Shown in pieces: positions 54,740-64,000 of a stretch of DNA of 64,000 nt (position 1 is the first letter of the stretch; each line of letters starts with the position of its first letter). The stretch spans positions 40,610,001 to 40,674,000 of the forward strand of contig OX597836.1 in assembly GCA_951406725.2 (NCBI GenBank), read 5' to 3'. This DNA is from Octopus vulgaris (Eukaryota). Under the pieces are notes generated by a model, which saw nothing but the letters and a program-made list of their open reading frames with translations, made no database searches and had not been told where the DNA came from. The position numbers and the translations under genes were made by a program.

Positions 54740-55105
54740 TGAGTCTATATTAGAAATCCCTGGCTGCTACTGCAGCTGCTGCTTGTTTGTTTGTTTGTTT
54801 GTTGAGCGAAGCGGTCTTCGTCCCGTCTGTAGTGGGAGAAGTCCGAAACGTGGTCCTTTGCTATTCGTAAGACCCGCAGAAGAGAAAGCAGGTCAACCCC
54901 CGACACCGAGAGCATCGACGGATGGATGAATGCGCATCCAGGTTCAGCGGTTGTGTAGGAAGTCGGGGACAAGAAACAGGAAGAAAGAGTGAGAGAAAGT
55001 TGGAGCGAAAGAGTACAACAGGTGTCGCCACCACCCCGCCTGCCGGAGCCTCGTGAAGCTTTAGGTGTTTTCGCTCAATAAACACACACAACGCCCGATT
55101 CTGGA
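54740..55105 (-). mobile_element. SINE family C body with tail type 3
   Basis: TTTATTGAGCGAAAACACCTAAAGCT body plus a distinct tail also seen at 63650-63890. Confidence 0.8.
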
Positions 55106-55298
55106 TTGGAACTGTGTCACATTTCTAACAGTTTGGGGATGAATGTCACATAATCTTAATTTCCAGATCATATAAATCTGAGGTTTTGTGCCTGTATTAA
55201 TAAATCACTATTACTGTTGCTGATACTACTACTACTACTACTACTACTACTAAAACTACTAGTATTACTACCACCATCACTACTACTACTACTACTAT

Positions 55299-55344
<46 letters not shown>

Positions 55345-55582
55345 ACTACTACTACTGCTACTTCGTAATCCTGCTTTACCCTACCGGTGTTAACATTTCT
55401 GTCGAGAGAAAAGTACGTCACGTGTTCACATACCGCCTTACCAAAAAAAAAAAAATTCTATCCCTACCCACCTATCCACCCACTTACAAAAAAAAATCAG
55501 AAAAAAAAATGTCATACAAGAAAAATAATAAATACTGCTTCCCCCCCACCCCCACCCCACTTCCTCCTGTTGAACGATGAAG

Positions 55583-55692
55583 GACGAACATTTACGATTG
55601 TGTACGAACATATACGATTGTGTACGGACATATACGATTGTGTACGAACATTTACGATTGTGTACGGACATATACGATTGTGTACGAACATT
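55583..55692. repeat. 20-bp minisatellite (TACGATTGTGTACGRACATW), ~5.5 copies
   Basis: Direct inspection. Confidence 0.9.
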
Positions 55693-56110
55693 CACCAGAA
55701 ATTGAAAACTGAAAACGAAAAAAAAAAAACTTTCAAAAGAAATATATATTTAAACACACACATACACACACACACACACACACGTGCACATACGGATTTT
55801 TTTTTTTTTTCAGTAAAAAAAAAAGAAAATTATTATTTCAATGTTCATCGTGCACACCACCAACATCCAATACGAAATATCCATTATTCTTCCCATCAAA
55901 TTAACCAAAAGAGCGTTCCAACTCCCGTCTCCTCTTCGGCATTTTTTTCTCCGTCATTTACCGTCTATTTCCGTCTCACTCTTGCCTTTCCATTCCTCCT
56001 CGACCTCGACCTCGACTCCCATCCTTTATACACACCTGACCCCCCACCCACACCATCAAGTTTCTCCGCCGCCATCACTTTTGCGACAATGATAATAAAA
56101 TTAATAATAA

Positions 56111-56175
<65 letters not shown>

Positions 56176-56206
56176 TAATAAAATATCCCTCCGCAGATCG
56201 TTATAT

Positions 56207-56343
56207 ATCACGACCCTAAAGTCACGACCCTAAAGTCACGACCCTAAAGTCACGACCCTAAAGTCACGACCCTAAAGTCACGACCCTAAAGTCACGACCC
56301 TAAAGTCACGACCCTAAAGTCACGACCCTAAAGTCACGACCTA
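56207..56343. repeat. 14-bp perfect minisatellite (GTCACGACCCTAAA), ~9.7 copies
   Basis: Direct inspection. Confidence 0.95.
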
Positions 56344-57061
56344 CCCATAACCAGCACCACATACTACGATGTTCTTATCCCCGTGTTTTTTTTTCCTTAT
56401 TCTCCGCTTGTCTCCGCCTTTCTCCGCCTATCTCCATCTCTCTTTCTCCATACACCTGCTCCCTCACCCCCAACCCACCCCCTACCACCGCAACAACAAC
56501 AACAACAACAACTATTATTACTACTACTACTACTACTAATAGTAGTACTACTCTTACAATAATAACCAGATGAAAAGAGAAAGATAAAATATCAAAATAT
56601 GAAATAAAGACTCTTCCTTTCCCTTCCTCCTCCGACCCGATCCGAACCGACCTTGCGACCTGCAACCCCCGGACTCCACGGGACCTTCACAATTTCCTCA
56701 CCAAACACGATCTTTCCCATCCTCTCACAAAACCTTGTAAAACACTCACTGATCCCCTCTTCCCGTTTTTTTTTTTTTAAATCTCTGTTAACTATTTATT
56801 TAATTATTTATTTTACAAAGATTGTTGCTGTTTTACTTTTTGGATTGTATAAAGACGAAATTTTGTTGTGGACGAGTTCTCTTTTCTTTCTTCATGATTA
56901 TTTTTACATAAATTAACATAAATTATTGTTCCGTCTGCAACATATTCGTTTCATGTCCTTCCTTTGTTTCCTCCTTTTGTGTCACTCTTGTTTTGTTTCT
57001 TGAAACGTTTAAATTCGTCTTATTTTTGTGTCATTTCATTTCTCCTTACATAGATTTCCTT

Positions 57062-57488
57062 GGATCTTTTCGGTTTGAACGGCAGTTTTTTAAAATAATT
57101 TCCACGTAACTAAAAAAATTTAAACTTCGTATACTGGTAGAATGTGTTTATAAAACATCTTTTTCTCTTGGCTTTATTGAGAAAATTCTATAGTTTGTAA
57201 GATATTTGTTGGGTTTTTTTTCTTCAATTTCTGCAATTTCAACCAATCACTGACGTCCATTGAGGTAAAAAAACATTCTGTGCCGTATGAATATGTCCCT
57301 TGTTTAAGAAACAGATTGGGTTTATTTACATTTGTGAAGAAAAAAAGATACCCTTCCCCCCAACCCTAACCCTAACTCTTACCCTAAAACATATTGAAAT
57401 GCAATAGATCGATACTAGGGTCATAATTATGGATGACAATTTCATATGACATCGCTAGAAAAAACTGCCGTTCAAACCGAAAAGATTC
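57062..57488. mobile_element. 427-bp MITE (second copy, opposite orientation)
   Basis: Same TIRs as 25641-26067; perfect 8-bp TSD ATTTCCTT (57054-57061, 57489-57496). Confidence 0.93.
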
Positions 57489-57615
57489 ATTTCCTTTCGT
57501 CATATTTTTGTACTATTCTGTTTTGTCTTTTATTTGTATCGTTTCGTTCCGCCTTAAATTTGTAATATAATTTCGTCTTATTTTTGTATCATTTTATATT
57601 TTCTTCTCTCTCTCA

Positions 57616-57647
<32 letters not shown>

Positions 57648-57694
57648 TACACTCGCTCTCTTTTATTTGTATCAAGACGAAACCACGACACCAG

Positions 57695-58633
57695 TGCATT
57701 GCTTAGGCTCAAACATCCGGGTACTTCTGGCTCACGAATCACATGTCAAAACACCAGTGTCCCAGAATCCTTGCGCCAATGAGTCGAGCGTTTTATGAAC
57801 GCATTGTCATTGCAAAAGGGAGAAGCTGCTCCCCTGTGACATACACAACAGTCACTAACATATTTGTTTCGAATCTGCTGCGACGTATTAAAGGATAAAT
57901 CAGCAAATCATTGTTTCAGCTCTCCCTGTACACAGTAGAAATACGACTTTTTAACGGTTGGCAGATATCAGCACTGATCGGCAAACAGTTCGTTCGCTGA
58001 AATTATAAACAAAGTCACTGACTTGTTTAAACTCGAAGGTCCAGGTACTTCTGACTAACGAGATACAACATGTCAAAACATCGGTATCCCAGAATCCCTT
58101 GCACCAATGAACCGAGCATGTTATGAACGCATTATCGTCGCAAAGGAGAAAAGTTGTTTTTTTCCCCCTGTGACATACACAGCAGCGACTAGCATATTTG
58201 CATTCGAATCTGTCGGAACGTATTAAGAATTCGTAGGCAAATCATTTTTTCAGATCTCGCAATGGATGAGATGTAAAAATTTCGAATCTTGTGTTTACAG
58301 ACGATGGGGAAATAAATGCAAATACAGAATGCTTTCATTGTAACTTTACAAATCACTAGAAAGATCTGCCGGTAATAAATTCCCCAAAGATGATGTGCAT
58401 ATTACTCTTTTACTCTTTTACTTGTTTCAGTCATTTGACTGCGGCCATGCTGGAGCACCGCCTTTAATCGAGCTACTCGACCCCGGGACTTATTCTTTTT
58501 GTAAGCCCAGTACTTATTCTATTGGTCTCTTTTTGCCGAACCGCTAAGTGACGGGGACGTAAACACACCAGCGTCGGTTGTCAAGCAATCCTAGGGAGAC
58601 AAACACAGACACACAACACATACACACACATAC

Positions 58634-58672
<39 letters not shown>

Positions 58673-59310
58673 AAAAGGCGGCGAGCTGGCAGAAACGTTA
58701 GCACGCCGGGCGAAATGCGTGGCCGTATTTCGTCTGTCGTTACGTTCTGAGTTCAAATTCCGCCGAGGTCGACTTTGCCTTTCATCCTTTCGGGGTCGAT
58801 AAATTAAGTACCAGTTACGCACTGGGGTCGATATAATAGACTTTGTCTGTCCTTGTTTGTCCCCTCTGTGTTTAGCCCCTTCTGGGTAGTAAAGAAATAT
58901 ATATATACATATATACGACAGGCTTCTTTCAGTTTCCGTCTACCAAATCCACTCACAAGGCATTGGTCGGCCCGGGGCTATAGCAGAAGACACTTGCCCA
59001 AGATGCCACGCAGTGGGACTGAACCCGGAACCATGTGGTTGGTTGTGCATATTGTTCTTATTTTTTAGCGAATAAACTGAAATTATACACAAAGCCGCTG
59101 GCTTGGTTTAGGCACAAAGGTTCGAGTGCTTCTGACTGACGAGACACATGTCGAACGAAACACCGGGATCCCTGAATCCCTTACACCAATGAGCCGAGTG
59201 TATTATGCACACATTGTTGTCGCAAAAGGGAGAAGCAATTCTCCAGTGACGTTCACAACAGTGAGTAGGATATCTGCGTTCGAATCTGCCAAAACATATG
59301 AATGAGTATA
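57695..59310 (+). mobile_element. Decayed tandem array of a ~324-bp HHR-bearing retrozyme-like unit (three copies; a fragment at 61438-61480)
   Basis: HHR remnants at 57725-57767, 58049-58094 and 59130-59176. The reconstructed consensus is UUCUGG-CUGACGA-GAC acau GUC-GAAA-CACCGGUG-UC-CCAGAA. Confidence 0.75.
58404..59043 (-). mobile_element. SINE family A (5'-truncated) with nested SINE B (58677-58898, +)
   Basis: 10-bp TSD TGTGCATATT (58394-58403, 59044-59053); SINE B sits in the internal (TA)n tract. Confidence 0.9.
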
Positions 59311-59616
59311 TCTAGAAGACATCGTTCATGAATTTAATGTTTCGTCTTCGTTTCGTATCGTCAAATTTCTGTTTTTGTAACTACCGTTTTATTTTGTTTT
59401 TATTTCGTCTCATTTTACTTATTTGTTGTTGTTTTCCTTTTCTATCTTTACTGTTGTTATTGTCGTTTCAGTATTTTGTAATTTATTCTATATTTTTATT
59501 ATTGTTGTTGTTCCCTTATATTTTGCTTTTATTTCATTCAATGCAGCCAGTTATTACTACTATCATTATGTTAGTTGGTAACAAACATTATCAGCAAGCA
59601 GCCAACGGTCTTATTG

Positions 59617-59920
59617 TGGAGGCATACGGCCTAGTGGTTAGAGCAGCGGACTCGAAGTCGAGAGATCGCGGGTTCGAATCTCAGACCGGGCGATGTATGT
59701 GTTTATGAGCGAAATACCTAAGCTCCACGCGGCTCCGGCAGAAGGTAATGGCGAATTTCTGCTGACTCTTTCGCCACAACTTTCTCTCACTCTTTCCTCC
59801 TGCGTCTTGCAGCTCACCTGCGACGGGCCGGCGTCCCGTCCAGGTGGGGAACCTATACGCCGAGGAAATCGGGAAACCGGCCCTTATAAGCCAGGGATGG
59901 CTCGAGAAGGAACAACAACA
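59617..59920 (+). mobile_element. SINE family C-related with tail type 4
   Basis: tRNA head (TGGAGGCATACGGCCTAGTGGTTAGAG..GTTCGAATC), AAGCTCCACG body and (AAC)n tail. A related tail fragment lies at ~52450-52590 (-). Confidence 0.8.
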
Positions 59921-60453
59921 GTGCTACCACTATATCAACTGGAATTCAAGCTAGATGGAACGTACGCCCGAGTGTTAAGAGCAGTCTTAAACATATCATG
60001 GAAAACTTATACCACCAATAAACAGCTGTGTGGAAATCTGCCTGTTTCCAACATTATAAGGGAAAGGTGCTTGCGCTTTACAGGAATTGCTGGCGAGCTA
60101 AACTAGGCTGAACTTATATCCGAATGTTAAGAGTAGTCTTAGGGATATCTTGGTGAAATCATTCCGCGAGAAATAAATGTATGGAGGTCTGCTTGTTTCC
60201 AACAAGCGGTGCTTGCGCTTTCCGGGACATGGTGGGCAAGTTAAACAAGAGCTGGCATGTGACCTACTTCTATGGATGCCAAAGCGTGGCTGTACTCGAG
60301 CTGGTCGATCGAACACAAACGTATGTAGATCAACCGATCAACTCACCAGAGACCCTAGATTCCTCACTGAAGACCTCCTTCTACTAATGCAGGGCCGGGA
60401 TGGATGGTGTGTGCGAGTTAAAAATGTCCGAGCAAGCTCGACCAGATGATGAT
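59921..60453 (+). pseudogene. 3' end of an RTE-like LINE ORF, with internal partial duplication
   Basis: KLDGTYARVLRAVLNISWK..TNKQLCGNLPVSNIIRERCLRFTG, then RCLRFPGH..QELACDLLLWMPKRG..GR..LMQGRDGW..RVKNVRASSTR*, ending in a (GAT)n tail. Confidence 0.8.
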
Positions 60454-60605
60454 ATTTTGTGCAAACACTTTCAGAGTATTTAACATTTGAAATGATTTCC
60501 ATATCAATGTACAGGAGAGCGAAGTGTCTCGTCCATCAATATATGAAGGTTCCATTTCACAGCGCCAACAAATACGAATAATTATGAATCAACACATACA
60601 TATAT

Positions 60606-61165
60606 GTTTCTTTATTACCCACAAGGGGCTAAACATAGAGGGGACAAACAAGGACAGACAAACGGATTAAGTCGATTACATCTACCCCAGTGCGTAACTG
60701 GTACTTAATTTATCGACCCCGAAAGGATGAAAGGCAAAGTCGACCTCGGCGGAAGGCGCAGCAGTGGCTGTGTGGTAAGTAGCTTGTTTACCAGCCACAT
60801 GGTTCCGGGTTCAGTCCCACTGCGTGGCACCTTGGGCAAGTGTCTTCTACTATAGCCTCAGGCCGACCAATGCCTTGTGAGTGGATTTGGTAGACGGAAA
60901 CTGAAAGAAGCCCATCGTATATATGTATATATATATATATATGTGTGTGTTTGTGTTTGTGTGTCTGTGTTTGTCCCCCTAGTATTGCTTGACAACCGAT
61001 GCTGGTGTTTATGTCCCCGTTACTTAGCGGTTCAGCAAAAGAGGCCGATAGAATAAGTACTGGGCTTACAAAAGAATAAGTCCCGGGGTCGAGTTGCTCG
61101 ATTAAAGGCGGTGCTTCAGCATGGCCGCAGTCAATGACTGAAACAAGTAAAAGAGTAAAAAGAGT
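60606..61165. mobile_element. SINE B 3' part (-, 60606-60754) abutting a full-length SINE A (+, 60755-61165)
   Basis: Family matches. Confidence 0.88.
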
Positions 61166-61777
61166 ATATTTGTCCACAAGAAAACTCACTACTTAACGTT
61201 TAGCTTTCACTTCTTTCTTACACCATTTAACTGTTACTCGTTTCAGTCATTGAACGGCGACCATACTGCAGCACTTCCTTGAAGGGTTTTAGTCGAACTA
61301 GTCAGCCCCAGTACTATATTTTTTTTAATTTTATTATTAGCTTGGTATTTAATCTGTTGGCCACTTGTACCGAACCGCTAACTTACGGGAACGTTAAGAA
61401 ACCAAGACTGGTTCTCCCCCACCACGGTGATACATAAATACACAACAGTCACTAACATATTTGTTTCGAATCTGCTGCGAACAAGTTGATACATAAATAT
61501 ATGCATTTAGAAAAGTTGATACATAAATATATGCATTTGGAAAATCCAAGTGAAGTTTCAGAATGCAGCCACAATATTCACAAAAAGTGAATTATTAAAA
61601 ACTTTTTTTAAAAAATCTTTTAAGAGCTAAACATAGACCTGATAGAACAGAGTTTTGTGGCAACACTTTCACAGTATTTAGCATTTGAAACGATTTCTAT
61701 TTTCCAAAGATTTTTATATAATTCATAATTATAATTAAATTTTTTCAAATATGTACATATATTGATGTATATGTATT

Positions 61778-61846
<69 letters not shown>

Positions 61847-61927
61847 AAGGGTGAAAAGGAACACACAAGTTGATATATATGAAAAAACAGGTCAAGATAG
61901 AAAATGCTAAAATAATTTTATAAAGAA

Positions 61928-61975
61928 CATTTCAGTACCGGTTTCGGTCATTTTGGGACCTTTTCAACTGTAACG
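61928..61975 (-). ncRNA. Minimal type I HHR, U3-A8 variant
   Basis: Minus strand CGUUaCAG-UUGAAAA-GGUC ccaaaau GACC-GAAA-CCGG-UA-CUGaAAUG. Confidence 0.8.
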
Positions 61976-62156
61976 ATTAAATAATTAAATTTAGAAAAAT
62001 TAAAAGAAAAGTTTTTTTAAAGGAATATTTGTATAGTGTTCAAATATAAGTGGCATTTTCCTTGTTTCTGCCTTTCTCTGTCTCTCTTGTTTGCACTTGT
62101 GTGTTCGATTATATATATATATATAATCAAAATAAGCAACAAGGATATCCAAAGTA

Positions 62157-62242
62157 GTGTTGTACAATCGTTTCATGCTACTTCGTTTTATTAAACACTG
62201 TATTACATCAGTTTTAAAATGTCGAGCAATCTTCAGCCACAT
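62157..62242 (-). ncRNA. Type I HHR with long stem-II insertion
   Basis: Minus strand UGUGG-CUGAAGA-U UGCU (~47 nt) AGCA U-GAAA-CGAUUG-UA-CAACA. Confidence 0.55.
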
Positions 62243-62345
62243 ATAGAATTTTATAATTAAACGACAATGCACATTTTTATACTTATTTCATTTGCCAACA
62301 TTACAAAGAGGGTAGAAATATAGACAGAATCTAAATTTTGCTGAA

Positions 62346-62427
<82 letters not shown>

Positions 62428-62465
62428 CATATATATATTTATATATATACACATACACACATATA

Positions 62466-62507
<42 letters not shown>

Positions 62508-62869
62508 CATATTATACATATATGTGTGTATGTGTATATATATACATATACATACAGCATTATAAATCCATTACGGTCGATTTTGCACTGGGTATTAGGG
62601 TTATTAATCGGTTATGTTTCGCCATGCGCTCGTCAGAGCTATCAAGTATGGAAGAAAAATATGGTGACTACTGTCTGTTGTTTGAGGTGAAAACCCATAT
62701 TGAGTGCTTCTGAAATAGATCCTATCATATAGTTTATATTTCTCGGCAGTATAGTACCTTATGAATGAGAAGAGGTGAAAAGGCGGATCTCGCTAACCCT
62801 TACAGCGTTCATTTAGAACACAAAGAAAAACGATCTGGAGTAAATGGACTATCAACCAATCGTTTAGAG

Positions 62870-63170
62870 CAGTGGTTCTCAACTATATTTTGCCTATGGA
62901 CCCTTTCGAATACAATTCTATTCTGGTGGACCCCCATAGCCATCCAATATTTAAAAACTAGATTTATAGATACTTCTTTCAAAACGTTTGAGAGAGAATT
63001 CTAGCTGTTTCTTGCAGAAAATACATCTAAACAAAAATTTTTCACGAACCTTTAATATACTATTGTGGTCCCTAATTTACTATTTTATATGGGAGGTCTC
63101 CCACCCCACGCAAATCATCTGTAGATCCTCAAGGGTCATATGAACTCTGGTTTAGTACCGAGTACCACTG
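62870..63170. mobile_element. hAT (Charlie-like) MITE
   Basis: Ends CAGTGGTTCTC / GAGTACCACTG; 8-bp TSD GTTTAGAG/GTTTAAAG. Confidence 0.8.
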
Positions 63171-63187
63171 GTTTAAAGTACGTCGTA

Positions 63188-63640
63188 CGAGGTGGTATGA
63201 AAACGTCCCCGAACTATTTTTGCTTAATAAAAAACAAATAACTTATTTACCTAACTTTTAACATCATCTCCTTCGAAATAGTCACCTTGCGCAGCAATAC
63301 ACTGGTCCCAGAGTTCCTGCCACTTTTGGAATCCGGCCTGGAAGCTGTTTTCGTCAGCGAGTCAAGGACTTTCTGCGATTCGCTCTTAATCTCGACAGCG
63401 GTGTTAAACCAGCAACCTTTGAGCTGTATTTTTATCTTGGCGAAAAGGGTTGATGCGGAAGGGAACCCACGCTGTTTTTAACAAGAAAATCACAAGTGAG
63501 GAGAGCTCGGTGACAGGATATATAATCCTCGTGAAGAATCCAATTCTTCTCGCTTCAGAGATCCGGTCGCCTTCACTGAGTGTCCTCCCTCAAACGCTTC
63601 AAAACCTCTTCTGACGACCCTCATGCGCAATCCAATGAAT
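63188..63640 (-). mobile_element. Mariner transposon remnant
   Basis: TA|CGAGG terminus; minus-strand translation FQKWQELWDQCIAAQGDYFEGDDVKS* matches a mariner transposase C-terminus. The inner boundary is approximate. Confidence 0.8.
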
Positions 63641-63649
63641 TTAATGAAT

Positions 63650-63890
63650 TTGAGTCTATACTAGAAATCCCTGCTGCTGCTGCTTGTTTGTTTGTTGAGC
63701 GAAGCGGTCTTCGTTCCGGTAGTGGGAGAAGTCCGAAACGTGGTCCTTTGCTATTCGTAAGACCCGCAGAAGAGAAAGCAGGTCAACCCCGCCGACACCG
63801 AGAGCATCGACGGATGAATGAATGCGCATCCAGGCTCAACGGTTGCGTAGGAAGTCGGGGACAAGAAACGGGAAGAAAGAGCGAGAGAAA
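63650..63890 (-). mobile_element. SINE family C tail type 3, partial
   Basis: Homologous to 54740-55000. Confidence 0.8.
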
Positions 63891-64000
63891 GGGTGACGCT
63901 CGTGACAGGTTTTGCAGATCGCTCATCGTCTCCAGGAATGTTCATTCGCTTTTGAAGTGCCCCTGCCACTCGAAACATTGTGTACGACCCATTACCTTGT

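Noticed and set aside
54800-54865. Three-way junction with GAAAC..GUC in SINE tail type 3 (also ~63695-63755)
   Set aside because: There is no CUGANGA-like core; it is better explained as the SINE/LINE 3' stem-loop.
62605-62645. Minus-strand CUGACGA-GC..GC-GAAAC
   Set aside because: No NUH site or stem I/III partner; a half motif only, like those at ~12003 and ~34285.

Overview
AT-rich, microsatellite-dense eukaryotic DNA. The tRNA-derived SINE families and overall style suggest a coleoid cephalopod, probably Octopus (inference). Almost all ORFs in the track are microsatellite or SINE artefacts. Genic content is limited. (1) Three + strand coding exons of a divergent four-EF-hand calmodulin-like gene (2646-2789, 34847-35104, 37175-37212) with a 32-kb intron; the 5' exon(s) were not identified. 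(2) Probably the last two exons of a convergent - strand gene ending in an Ig-like domain (42510-42551, 40348-40481). The rest is SINEs (some in 184-bp tandem arrays), LINE fragments (R4/Dong-like, RTE-like, L1/Tx1-like), Penelope-like element (PLE) fragments, MITEs, Helitrons, a mariner remnant, and a 2.7-kb duplication around a 100-N gap that is probably an assembly artefact. The main discovery is about a dozen minimal type I hammerhead ribozyme (HHR) motifs, several with a compensatory U3-A8 core pair. They include two non-coding retrozyme-like repeat families. One is a 360-bp unit (12978-13498, with a circularly permuted relative at 22655-22990) whose HHR caps a covarying ~130-nt rod. The other is a ~324-bp unit (57.7-59.3 kb) whose three decayed copies give a canonical HHR consensus. 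All structure calls were made by eye and need computational and experimental confirmation.
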